A stretch of 64,000 bases of DNA, taken from Hemiscyllium ocellatum (Eukaryota). Location: contig NC_083444.1 of NCBI RefSeq assembly GCF_020745735.1, forward strand, positions 806,001 to 870,000, given 5' to 3'. Below are positions 50,240 to 62,499 of this stretch, one piece after another. Made by a program: the position numbers and the translations under genes. The number at the start of each line of letters is the position of its first letter. Within the stretch, counting starts at the first letter, position 1. The notes beneath the pieces are model-generated. The model saw only the letters and a program-made list of their open reading frames with translations, was not told the DNA's origin and made no database searches.

Positions 50240-50775
50240 AGATGTGTCCATTGGCTCCACTCTCCCATTGACTCAATCTGTTGGCCTCGGTGAGCCAATG
50301 AGAAGCTTTGCTTACTTAACCGTCCTTCATCATTGGCTGCCTTCCCTCAGTGGGATCCACTCCCAGTTCTTGAGGGAATCCACCATGAGGTGGGATGGGG
50401 GGGGAATGGGGATGTTGGAAAGCCCTGACTGGTTGGGTCAGAGGTTGTTGAGATTCCCTCATTCGCTATTGGCCAATGGTCCAGCGAATGGCGGCCCCCT
50501 GATTGGCTGGGCCCGTTCCCGCCCTGGGCGGCCCCGCTTCCTCTCATTGCTCAAGAAGCCTTTGGCTGTTGCCGCGGAATTTCCCCCCCGGCTCCTATAG
50601 GGCCGTCCTGCCGCCAATCAGGGCAGGGGGACCGCCTCTTGCCGGTAGCTGCTTGCTGATTGGTCGGGATCCCGAAGGTCTGCGGCACCCGCCCCTACCG
50701 GGCTCTGATAGGCCGACGGAAGCGAATGGGCGCCGGTGATTGTTGGGGGCGGGCTACGATTGGGCGAGAGGGCTG
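50240..50775. promoter_or_regulatory. CCAAT-box and GC-box cluster: LRCH4 promoter, possibly bidirectional
   Basis: About 9 CCAAT/ATTGG in both orientations, GGGCGG boxes, raised CpG, directly upstream of the LRCH4 ATG. Confidence 0.75.
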
Positions 50776-50789
50776 TCAGTCAGGGCTGG

Positions 50790-50982
50790 GGTGGATACAG
50801 TGTATGTCCTGGCGCTGGATACAGAGTGTCCCCTTCCAGCGGATACAGTGTATCCTCCTCCCGCTGGATACAGTGTATCTTCCTCCAGTTGGATACAGTG
50901 TATCCGCCTCCAGCTGATACAGTGTATCCCCCCAGTGCTGGCCGAGTGTGTGGATCCCGAGCCCCTGGAGACAGTGTATCCG
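50790..50982 (+). repeat. ~25-bp-period palindromic repeat GGATA-CAGTG-TATCC, 7 copies
   Basis: Copies at about 50793, 50817, 50841, 50866, 50891, 50915 and 50967; several imperfect. Confidence 0.85.
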
Positions 50983-51034
50983 TGTCCCTGCCGGCCCGAG
51001 GGAGTGAATCCAGCAGCAGGCGGAGAGGGGCCGA

Positions 51035-51215
51035 ATGGCGAGCGGGGATGAGCTGCCCCAGGCGGGGCCTACGGGAAGCCTGAGCCTGAGCCGCAGTGTG
51101 GAGAAGGCGCTGGAGGAGGCGGCCAACAGCGGCGTGCTCAACCTCAGTAACAGGAAGCTCCGAGAGTTCCCCCGGGCGGCCACCAACTACGACCTGTCCG
51201 ACCTGACCCAGGCTG
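51035..51215 (+). CDS. LRCH4: LRCH4 coding exon 1 (MASGDELPQ...SVEKALEEAANSGVLNLSNRKLREFPRAATNYDLSDLTQA)
   Basis: 181 nt, gtgagt donor, phase 1; resembles human ALEEAVATGTLNLSNRRLKHFPR...YDLSDITQAD; FBXO24 synteny picks the paralogue. Confidence 0.9.
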
Positions 51216-51224
51216 GTGAGTCCG

Positions 51225-51535
51225 GCTGGGGGCAAGGGGCTGGGCATCTGGGGGATGGGGGCAAGGGGCTGGGCAACTGGGGGGCAAGGGGCTGGGCATC
51301 TGGGGGATGGGGACAAGGGGCTGGGCAACTGGGGGGCAAGGGGCTGGGCATCTGGGGAATGGGGGCAAGGGGCTGGGCACCTGGGCGATGGGGCAAGGGG
51401 ATGGGCACCTGGGGGTAAATAAATGGGCATTTGGGGGATGGGGGCAAGGGATTGGGCACCTGGGGGATGGGGGTAAGGGGCTGGGCACCTGGGGGGCAAG
51501 GATATGGGCACCTGGAGGATATGGGCTGGACAACT
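51225..51535 (+). repeat. G-rich repeat (ggggcaaggggctgggcatctggggg) just after the LRCH4 donor
   Basis: Tandem units with many G-runs. Confidence 0.85.
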
Positions 51536-52407
51536 TGGGGTAGCAAGATGGTGGGGGTGGATTTGGGACATGGGCTCTCCAGGGGGATCTGGGGCAGGGC
51601 GTGCACAGAGGGATCTGAGGAAACGGGGAATACTGGAGCACTCAATGGGCCGAAGGGTCCTGCAGGAATACAGACTGTTGCTGTTTCTCAGCCTGATCCC
51701 AATCCTGACCATTTCCAGTTCAGCCCACACCTGGTAATGTCTGATTTGGGCAGAGGAGGTGGTGTTTTTTGTGTCTGGGGAGACTCTGGGAAACTTCCTG
51801 TGCTGTTAATGACCCTTTCTGTACAATTCAACTCCTCCAAGATTCTGCGTCCTCAATCTGAGAGACTCCCATTTCTGCCTGATCCACAACCCTTCAGTTT
51901 TAAGAGAGCCATCTTTATTTTCAAACTCCACCTTCCTTAGCCTGATTTGTTACTTCCTCCAGCTCTCTGCACCCCCCCTGTATCTCTTCCAACCCATCCC
52001 CCAATTTCTACAACCTCCTGTGGTTCCTACACCCCCTCACTATCTCTGTAACCCCCTCCAATTCCAGCCCCTTGACCGTTGTTGTGGAGATTGCTGTAGG
52101 TCCTGTTCAAAGCCAGGGTGAATACCACCTTCCTGCACCGATATAGTAGGAATTCCCCACCAGCTTCCTCCTCCCTGCTGGTGTTTGTGCTGTAGACTAG
52201 CCCTTGGATGAAGAGACAGCTGCTGAGCTCACATGTTAACCCCAGGGTCCTGTCTTTATTCCTGACCCATCGGCTCTCAGTGAAGAGTCCGTGGCTGTGG
52301 GGTTGGGGCTCAGCAGACAGTGGCTTTGTTTTGGAAAGAGAGAGGTGACCTTGTGTGGGAGGCTGCAGTGAAAACTCCAGGCTAGTGTTTACTGGGTGAA
52401 CCAGAAA

Positions 52408-53628
52408 GAGGGTCAGTGCTGAGGGAGTGCCGCACTGTCGGAGGGTCAGTGCTGAGGGAGTGCCGCACTGTCGGAGGGTCAGTGCTGAGGGAGTGCCGCA
52501 CTGTCGGAGGGTCAGTGCTGAGGGAGCGCCGCACTGTCGAAGGGTCAGTGCTGAGGGAGCGCCGCACTGTCGGAGGGTCAGTGCTGAGGGAGCGCCGCAC
52601 TGTCGGAGGGTCAGTGCTGAGGGAGCGCCGCACTGTCGGAGGGTCAGTGCTGAGGGAGCGCCGCACTGTCGGAGGGTCAGTGCTGAGGGAGCGCCGCACT
52701 GTCGGAGGGTCAGTGCTGAGGGAGCGCCGCACTGTCGGAGGGTCAGTGCTGAGGGAGCGCCGCACTGTCGGAGGGTCAGTGCTGAGGGAGCGCCGCGCTG
52801 TCGGAGGGTCAGTGCTGAGGGAGCGCCGCGCTGTCGGAGGGTCAGTGCTGAGGGAGCGCCGCGCTGTCGGAGGGTCAGTGCTGAGGGAGCGCCGCGCTGT
52901 CGGAGGGTCAGTGCTGAGGGAGCGCCGCGCTGTCGGAGGGTCAGTGCTGAGGGAGCGCCGCGCTGTCGGAGGGTCAGTGCTGAGGGAGCGCCGCGCTGTC
53001 GGAGGGTCAGTGCTGAGGGAGCGCCGCGCTGTCGGAGGGTCAGTGCTGAGGGAGCGCCGCGCTGTCGGAGGGTCAGTGCTGAGGGAGCGCCGCGCTGTCG
53101 GAGGGTCAGTGCTGAGGGAGCGCCGCGCTGTCGGAGGGTCAGTGCTGAGGGAGCGCCGCGCTGTCGGAGGGTCAGTGCTGAGGGAGCGCCGCGCTGTCGG
53201 AGGGTCAGTGCTGAGGGAGCGCCGCGCTGTCGGAGGGTCAGTGCTGAGGGAGCGCCGCGCTGTCGGAGGGTCAGTGCTGAGGGAGCGCCGCGCTGTCGGA
53301 GGGTCAGTGCTGAGGGAGCGCCGCGCTGTCGGAGGGTCAGTGCTGAGGGAGCGCCGCGCTGTCGGAGGGTCAGTGCTGAGGGAGCGCCGCGCTGTCGGAG
53401 GGTCAGTGCTGAGGGAGCGCCGCGCTGTCGGAGGGTCAGTGCTGAGGGAGCGCCGCGCTGTCGGAGGGTCAGTGCTGAGGGAGCGCCGCGCTGTCGGAGG
53501 GTCAGTGCTGAGGGAGCGCCGCGCTGTCGGAGGGTCAGTGCTGAGGGAGCGCCGCGCTGTCGGAGGGTCAGTGCTGAGGGAGCGCCGCGCTGTCGGAGGG
53601 TCAGTGCTGAGGGAGCGCCGCGCTGTCA
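52408..53628 (+). repeat. 32-bp minisatellite family, array 3 (highly homogeneous)
   Basis: About 38 units. Confidence 0.97.
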
Positions 53629-54612
53629 GAAGACTGTTAGCCCTGAATCTCTGGGTCACAGTTCCGGGTAACCCAGTCGATGCCCTGTCTAATGGGGGGT
53701 GTAGAGGGAATATTTACCCTGATTCCAATAACGTGCTGACTGCGGTTGGAGTGTTTGATGTGGACAGTGTTGGGGAACCTTTTAGTTACAGCTAGTGGAA
53801 GTAGTGGGAGCTTTACTCTGACCTACCCTGTGCTGTCCCTGTGCTGGTGGGAGGGGCTTCGACCCTGGCTGTAATTTGTAAATGAACAAATGTTTCTTTC
53901 AAACCTTAGCTGCCTTTGTAACAGATCTCCCATTTCTCCTGCTGTGTGAGCCCCCTGGTACTCTGTCCCACTGTTTGACCTTCCCGTCATGAGACAAGCC
54001 TATCTGGCTCCTGGTGTATCGTCTGGCCTCCCTTCTGATTACAGAGCTGGTGGTAACTCTGTTCTGGAATTAGTGACTGGGAGATTTCAGTCTTTCATTA
54101 GGCTGGCAGTTTCACTTTGATTTGGATTTGGTGACATCTGTCCTTTCGAGAGGGAATTCTGGGTGTGGGCTGTCACTGGCCAAGATCCCAGTTATTTCCC
54201 TGTCAGAGCTCTCTGTTTGCTGCGGGACTGGAGTCACGTAGACCAGACACCATGTTAATGGCAGCCATTCTTCCTGGAAAAGTGCTGTGTGTTTCTGACA
54301 GTCACAGTGACGTGTGTTTGTCTCACCTGGCCCCCGCTCTCTCTGACTTGTCTGCCCCCCTCCTCCTGTCATCCCTCTTTCTCACGACAAAAAAAATCAA
54401 CATTGCTGGAGGAACTCAGCAGGGTGGGAGTGAAACAGAGTTCACATTGAGTCAGACACCGTTTCTTCAGAACTGTGTGTGTGCGCACACACCTCTGCCT
54501 GTGTGTATCTGTCTCTCTCTCTCTCTGTCTCACTCTCACTCTCTCTTTCTGTCTGTGTCTGTCCCTCTGTCTCTTGTTTTCTGCCTCCATTCTCAGGCTG
54601 AGTTGCTGACTG

Positions 54613-54683
54613 TGTGTCTGTGTCTGTGTCTGTGTCTGTGTCTGTGTCTGTGTCTGTGTCTGTGTCTGTGTCTGTGTCTGTGT
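54613..54683 (+). repeat. (TGTGTC)n microsatellite
   Basis: About 11 units. Confidence 0.95.
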
Positions 54684-55397
54684 GACAGAGACAGATCCCC
54701 ACACGGAGTTTGCCTGCTAAAGTAACCTTCGATTCAAGGCTGTTGATCAATCTCTAACCCCCACTCTTGTTGAGTGTTTGAAAAGAGGTGCCCGGGCTGG
54801 TGGGCAAAGTACCAGGGTTAGGTTCGCAGGGGGCTGCCCTGCTGTTGATGGGGCGATCGGACACCCTGCCCCCTCTCTGTCTGCTGGGAGGAGGGGGATG
54901 TGTGTGTGTCTGTGTGTAACTCCCTCCAGCAGTGTGATTGGTGGGTAGCATTGAGCAGTGAGGTTGCACGGTGGAGGCTGTGTTGGGTCAGCCTCTGAGA
55001 CTGAGGGCGGGTGCCTGGTGCTGGGGATGTTAGACAGAGCCAGTGCAGGGCTGGGTCTCTGGTGTACAGTGAGCGACGAGAGATGACCCTGTCTACCCTG
55101 TTTCATCAATAACTGCACAGAGATGTACAAGGCCGTTCACACAAACTATTGCAGCGAGTTGGCAATGGGAGCTGCCTGATATCATCTGATTCATGGCTTT
55201 GAGCCAGTTCCCTTCCCCACAGACACAGGGACAGCTCCCTCCTGCCCTGGGAACATGGACTCAGCAACTCACCCGGATCCCAATCCGGTGGGCCAGGAAT
55301 TCCCAGCTTCTCCCGTGGCAGCTACTATCAGGGGCGGCTCGGTGAGAGAGAGAGACGGAGTTTTGCTGGTAATTACACAGAGACCCGTTTATTTGCT

Positions 55398-56350
55398 ATT
55401 ACTCAGAGACTGAAGCAGTCCTTATCCACAAGCAGCAAGGCCTGGGCAAATATCCAGTGACAAGGGGCAAGTAACATTCACCCCACATAAATCCCAGGCT
55501 GTGACCATCTCCTACAGGAGACAATCTCACCACCGCCCCCTTGACATTCAATGGTGTTCCCATCACTGAATCCCCCACTATCAACATCCTGGGGGTTACC
55601 ATTGACCAGAAACTCAACTGGACTCCCCACAGCAACTCAGTGTCTACAGGAGCAGGACAGGGGCTGGGAATCCTGCAGCGAGTAACTCCCCTCCTGACTC
55701 CCCCCAAAGCCTGTCCCACCATCTACAAGGCACAGGTCAGGAGGGGGAGGGAATACTCCCCACTTGCCCCTGGATGGGGGCAGCTCCAACAACACTCAAG
55801 AAGCTCAACACCATCCAGGGACAAAGCAGCCCCACACCCACAAACACCCCCTCCCTCCCTTACCCACCCCCCTCAGTAACAGCAGTGTGTACCATCCCCT
55901 CCCTCCCTTACCCACCCCCCCTCAGTAACAGCAGTGTGTACCATCCCCTCCCTCCCTTACCCACCCCCCTCAGTAACAGCAGTGTGTACCATCCCCTCCC
56001 TCTCTTACCCACCCCCCCCTCAGTAACAGCAGTGTGTACCAGCTACAAGATGTCCTGCAGAAACTCCCCAAAGATCCTCAGGCAGCACCTTCCAAACCCA
56101 CGGCCCCTTCCATCCAGAAGGACAAGGGGCAGCAGGTACATGGGAACCCCACCCCCTGCACGTTCCCCTCCGAGCCCCTCCCCATCCCGACTTGGGAATA
56201 TATCGCCGTTCCCTCAGTGTGGCTGGGTCAGAATCCTGGGATTCCCTCCCTCAGGGACATTGTGGGTCTACCCTCCAGCACATGGACTGCAGCGGGTCAA
56301 GAAGGCAGCTCACCCCCCACCTTCTCAAGGGGGGGCAACTAGGGACGGCG
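55398..56350 (+). mobile_element. Degenerate LINE 3' region (distinct CR1-like family) with an internal ~48-bp x4 duplication
   Basis: ILGVTIDQKLNWT.H...IYKAQVR...EYSPLA remnants. Confidence 0.75.
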
Positions 56351-56607
56351 CATGAAATCCTGGGCCCTGCTCTGTAATAGTGAAAAGTCCGGGGGGGGGA
56401 GAGACAATAACTCCAGTAACCATGGAAACGCTACAAAGTGAGCCCACTCTGCAGTACTGCACCCTCAGGATGGGCCGATTGGCCTGGGAGGGAGAGTGCA
56501 CACTGAATGGCCACCAAGGCTGGTGTGAGAAAGGACAGATGACATGAATTAGACTTGTGTTGTCTGCAACATTGACTGACTGAAGATTTTTTTGTATTTG
56601 AAGTATA

Positions 56608-57135
56608 TTTAGAGTCATAGAGATGTACAGCATAGAAACAGACCCTTCGGCCCAACCCGCCTGGGTTGGGATATCTGGTCGGTACAATCTAGTCCCACCT
56701 GCCAGCACCCGGCCCATATCCCTCCAAACCCTTCCTATTCATATACCCATCCAAATGCTTCTTAAATGTTGTAATTGTACCAGCCTCCACCACTTCCTCT
56801 GGCAGCTCATTCCATACACGCACCACCCTCTGGGGGAAAAAGTTACCCCTCAGGTCCCTTTTATATCTTTCCCCTCTCACCCTAAAGCTATACCCTCTAG
56901 TTCTGGACTCCCCCACCCCAGGGAAAAGACCTTGTCTGTTTACACTATTCATGACCCTCATGATTTTGTAAACCTCTATAAGGTCACCCCTCAGCCTCCG
57001 ACGCTCCAGGGGAAACAGCCCCAGCCTGTTCAGCCTCTCCCTGTAGCTCAGAACCTCCAACCCCGGCAACATCCTTGTAAATCTTTTCTGAACCCTTTCA
57101 AGTTTCACAACATCTTTCTGATAGGAAGGAGACCA
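56608..57135 (-). mobile_element. CR1 3' end fragment
   Basis: LERVQKRFTRMLPG...WNELP plus tail. Confidence 0.95.
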
Positions 57136-59139
57136 GGGGATAGAGAGCAAGAGAGAGATTGTGCTGCGAGATGGAGGTGAAGGATGGACTGACTGACAGA
57201 CAGACAGAGCCAGTACGTTCTCCCTCACACTGTGGTGAGATGCTGGTAGCTCTCACCCTCAACAGATGGGTTTGTCCTTTAACAATGCCCCCATGTGCCA
57301 TGTTGGTGCAGCAGTGTTTACCCAGAGTGAGCTGCTGTTCCCTGTTTGGTTTAGACCACAGACAGGAAGAACACTGAGCTCAGTATGTATCGAGCAAAAC
57401 CACATCCTGTCAGAAGCAGCAACACAGCTCTGTCTGTCTGTGTGTGTGTATGTGTGTGTGTGTGAGGGATGTGAGTGTGTGTGTGTGTGAGGGATGTGAG
57501 TGAGTGTGAGGCAAGATTCAGCCTGGACACAATAATAAGCTTACCCCTTGCCCCCGTCACCCTCTTTCCCCTCGCCCTCGCCCTCCTTGTTGTGGGACTG
57601 TAGCCCAGTGAGAGTCAGTCTGGGTGTGTGGGAGTGTACTCCAGGGAGAGTCAGTGTATGGGTGGGTGGGAATGTACCCCGGGGAGAGTCAGTGTGTGGG
57701 ACTGTTGTGTGTATCTGACATTGTGAAAGGCTGTTTCTCTCTCACTGCACACTGATCTTTCCACTTCCTTCCTTGGGTAATTGGCGCACACCCATTGCTG
57801 AGCCAATCCAAAGGTGATGTGGCTGCCCTCCGTGCCCAGTGTTGGGTTGTGACCCTCCTGGATCTTGGCTGTGATTGGTCAGGGTGGAATTAGTGACTGG
57901 TTCTGTCGGCGGGAGCCAGTGTCACCATCCCTCAGTAACTCTCAGCAGCAAGCGCTCTCAGGCAGGAAGGGGGAGGGCAGGGCCACCGTACCAGGGTAGG
58001 GCGGGGTTAGGGGGGAGGAGCTGCTGTGTCTCAGGGTATGGGGCATTCTACCCCAGACAGTCCCTGCAGTGGGGGGAGGGGGTGGCTGTCACTGCTTCAC
58101 CCCTCACCAACACCAATTCCAGTCCCTTCATTTTATACTTCACCAGCTCTCCTTAACTGCCTCACACCCCCCTCCACCCCCTCCCTATCTCTGTCACCCC
58201 CCTCCACCCCCTCCCTATCTCTGTCACCCCCTCCACCCCCTCCCTATCTCTGTAACCCCCTCCAGCCCCTACAATCGCAGTGTGATCTGGTGTGGAAGGA
58301 GACCATTGTGTAGATGCTGTCTGCTCTGTACTATCCCATCAAGCTGGCCACCTGCCCCCTCCCCTCTCCCCCCACTGTCCCTGTGCCCTACGTTCATCTG
58401 AACGGCCACCAGCGCTGCCCTTGGGAGGGGCACCAATAGAATCTGTATCCCCGTCCTTCCCAGGGAGTGTGTCCCAGACCCTAAACCCTCACTGGGTGGA
58501 ATCGGCCGATCCCTTGTCACCCCAAGCGCTCTCTCTCTCACACTCCCCTCCCCCTATCCTCCCCCCCCCCCCCCCCCGCGACATCTCCCTGTGCTGCTCT
58601 GGCTCTTGGATTGCTGGGTGTTATGACCCAGTTTAAGGCCAGCTCATCCAGTGATGGTCTTTGACCCTCACAGACCTCTGCCCGACCCAGAGCTGGGTCA
58701 GTCGCCCTCCGAGTGTGGGTTGATATCCTCAGGTAGCCCCCTTCCGATTCCCCCCCCCCCGCTCACTTCAATCGAGAAGGAGACGGGCAGCAGGTCCTTG
58801 GGAACACCACCCTCCTGCAGGTTCCCCTCCGAGCCCCTCCCATCATAACAAGGGGCAGTCGTAGGCCATCTGGCCCATCGAGTCTGCTTTCCCATTTAAC
58901 AACATCATTGTCAGGGATTGGGGGGGGGGGGGGGGGGAGGGTTGGGGCAGTTTGGATGGAGCGGCTCAGAGAGGGCTTGGTGGGTGGGGGTGGGGTGGGA
59001 GCGGGGAATGTGTGAGCGAGGACGGTCCGCACTGACACCTGCTAAAGGAGATCCCCTCGGAATGGCAGGGATGTGGATTCTCTCCACTGTGTGGCCCTTG
59101 TGTTATTAAACATCTCTGGAATATAACTGAAGCATTCCG

Positions 59140-59882
59140 CACTGAGGGAGTGGGCACTGTCGGAGGGTCAGTGCTGCGGGAGTGGGCACTGTCGGAGGGT
59201 CAGTGCTGCGGGAGTGGGCACTGTCGGAGGGTCAGTGCTGCGGGAGTGGGCACTGTCGGAGGGTCAGTGCTGCGGGAGTGGGCACTGTCGGAGGGTCAGT
59301 GCTGCGGGAGTGGGCACTGTCGGAGGGTCAGTGTTGAGGTGGTGGGCACTGTCGGAGGGTCAGTGTTGAGGGAGTGCCGCAGTATCGGAGGGTCAGCAGC
59401 GAGGGAGTGCTGCACTGTCGGAGGGTCAGTGTTGAGGGAGTGCCGCAGTATCGGAGGGTCAGCAGCGAGGGAGTGGGCACTGTCGGAGGGTCAGTGTTGA
59501 GGGAGTGCCGCAGTATCGGAGGGTCAGCACCGAGGGAGCACCGCACTGTCGGAGGGTCAGTGTTGAGGGAGTGCCGCAGTATCGGAGGGTCAGCACCGAG
59601 GGAGCACCGCACTGTCGGAGGGTCAGCGCCGAGGGAGTGGGCACTGTCGGAGGGTCAGCGTTGAGGGAGTGGGCACTGTCGGAGGGTCAGCGTTGAGGGA
59701 GTGCCGTGCTGTCGGAGGGTCAGTGCTGAGGTGGTGGGCACTGTCGGAGGGTCAGCACCGAGGGAGTGGGCACTGTCGGAGGGTCAGCACCGAGGGAGCA
59801 CCGCACTGTCGGAGGGTCAGCACCGAGGGAGTGGGCACTGTCGGAGGGTCAATGCTGAGTGAGTGCCGCACTGACGGAGGGA
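59140..59882 (+). repeat. 32-bp minisatellite family, array 4
   Basis: About 23 units. Confidence 0.95.
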
Positions 59883-60367
59883 GAGTGTAGGGGAGGGGAG
59901 TGCAGCGTTGGCTCTGGGTGTGTGAACCTTGGTGAGTGAGTGAGTGTGGTGTGAATGCAGTGGGAGGGGAGCAGCCTGGGAATGACTCCGTGACAGTGTC
60001 TCATTGCTGACTGTAATCCAATTGCTCGGAATCTTTCAGAGCCTTGACAGATGGGGCTTAAAAATTAATTTGAGAATTTGGTCTGCGTTTTCTTCTGGAC
60101 TGACTGAAAGCAGCTGTTGTCTGTTCCTGCGGGAGGGTGGGCAATGGGGGAATAATGCTGTTTGTGCCCCGTGGCCCATGTCTGCGCACTCTCCGATCCG
60201 GGAAACCCTGGGGAGAGGGCTTTGTGAATCCGTGCTGCCTGGGAGTGGGACAGTGTCAGCGTGGCCATTCGGCCTGGGCTTGCTGCTATGTGGTTCCCCT
60301 GCCTGAGGATGGCTCAATACTTTCACACCAGATATTCACCTTGTTGTTAGAAAGTGAATACCACAGG

Positions 60368-61872
60368 CCGAGGGAGTGCCGCACTGTCGGAGGGTCAGTG
60401 CTGAGGGAGTGGGCACTGTCGGAGGGTCAGTGCTGAGGGAGTGGGCACTGTCGGAGGGTCAGTGCCGAGGGAGTGGGCACTGTCGGAGGGTCAGTGCCGA
60501 GGGAGTGGGCACTGTCGGAGGGTCAGTGCCGAGGGAGTGGGCACTGTCGGAGGGTCAGTGCCGAGGGAGTGGGCACTGTCGGAGGGTCAGTGCCGAGGGA
60601 GTGGGCACTGTCGGAGGGTCAGTGCCGAGGGAGTGGGCACTGTCGGAGGGTCAGTGCCGAGGGAGTGGGCACTGTCGGAGGGTCAGTGCCGAGGGAGTGG
60701 GCACTGTCGGAGGGTCAGTGCCGAGGGAGTGGGCACTGTCGGAGGGTCAGTGCCGAGGGAGTGGGCACTGTCGGAGGGTCAGTGCCGAGGGAGTGGGCAC
60801 TGTCGGAGGGTCAGTGCCGAGGGAGTGGGCACTGTCGGAGGGTCAGTGCCGAGGGAGTGGGCACTGTCGGAGGGTCAGTGCCGAGGGAGTGGGCACTGTC
60901 GGAGGGTCAGTGCCGAGGGAGTGGGCACTGTCGGAGGGTCAGTGCCGAGGGAGTGGGCACTGTCGGAGGGTCAGTGCCGAGGGAGTGCCGCACTGTCGGA
61001 GGGTCAGTGCCGAGGGAGTGCCGCACTGTCGGAGGGTCAGTGCCGAGGGAGTGCCGCACTGTCGGAGGGTCAGTGCCGAGGGAGTGGGCACTGTCGGAGG
61101 GTCAGTGCCGAGGGAGTGGGCACTGTCGGAGGGTCAGTGCCGAGGGAGTGGGCACTGTCGGAGGGTCAGTGCCGAGGGAGTGGGCACTGTCGGAGGGTCA
61201 GTGCCGAGGGAGTGGGCACTGTCGGAGGGTCAGTGCCGAGGGAGTGGGCACTGTCGGAGGGTCAGTGCCGAGGGAGTGGGCACTGTCGGAGGGTCAGTGC
61301 CGAGGGAGTGGGCACTGTCGGAGGGTCAGTGCCGAGGGAGTGGGCACTGTCGGAGGGTCAGTGCCGAGGGAGTGGGCACTGTCGGAGGGTCAGTGCCGAG
61401 GGAGTGGGCACTGTCGGAGGGTCAGTGCCGAGGGAGTGGGCACTGTCGGAGGGTCAGTGCCGAGGGAGTGGGCACTGTCGGAGGGTCAGTGCCGAGGGAG
61501 TGGGCACTGTCGGAGGTCAGTGCCGAGGGAGTGGGCACTGTCGGAGGGTCAGTGCCGAGGGAGTGGGCACTGTCGGAGGGTCAGTGCCGAGGGAGTGGGC
61601 ACTGTCGGAGGGTCAGTGCCGAGGGAGCGCCGCACACTGTCGGAGGGTCAGTGCCGAGGGAGTGGGCGCTGTCGGAGGGTCAGTGCCGAGGGAGCGCCGC
61701 ACACTGTCGGAGGGTCAGTGCCGAGGGAGTGGGCGCTGTCGGAGGGTCAGTGCCGAGGGAGCGCCGCACACTGTCGGAGGGTCAGTGCCGAGGGAGTGCC
61801 GCACTGTCGGAGGGTCAGTGCCGAGGGAGTGCCGCACTGTCGGAGGGTCAGTGCCGAGGGAGTGGAGGCACT
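60368..61872 (+). repeat. 32-bp minisatellite family, array 5 (homogeneous gtgccgag variant)
   Basis: About 47 units. Confidence 0.97.
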
Positions 61873-62499
61873 CTGTGCTCCTATCAGTTCTGTCCACACA
61901 GTATGCGCTGTGTCAGAGTGAGATGAGGAAGTGTTTCGTCACTGAGAGGGCGATGTCTCTGGAGATTCAGAGCTGTCTGCCCCTCGGTATATTTGAGACG
62001 GAGCCTGATAACTGGAGGCTATTGCTCTGGAAGTTTGTGAGGAAGTGGTTGGGACCATATGGGGGATCCCATGTGATCAGACTGAATGGGATAGCAGAGC
62101 CCGTGGGCCGAATGTCTTCCTCCTGTCTGTTCTCTACCATTTTCACTTCCTGTTTTTCAGCCATTTCTCCCTGTCCTCAGTTTTTCTGGGTTTTTTTTGC
62201 CACTGTTGAGGTCACTTTGACCGAAATAGCTTGTTTTTGTGGATTTAATTGTGAAATGAGAGGTTTGGGCGGGAGGTGTCACCCTGTCATCAGGAGGGAG
62301 CCCTGTTCATTCAAACACCATCTCTGTCCCTGAGAATTCGGCAAATTCTCCCTGTCACTTCCTCAACACATGCTCTTTCCCCTAAACCCCCTCACCCCAC
62401 TCCCACCCCCCATTGGCACTCTGTTCCCCACCCCCCCCCAGCGGGCGCATTCTCCCGTAAAGCCCCCCCCCCCCCCCCGGGTGCTCTCCCACACCCCCT

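Noticed and set aside
52382-53795. ORFs over 400 aa of repeated peptides (also 25164-27419 and 60376-62333)
   Set aside because: Translations of stop-free minisatellites
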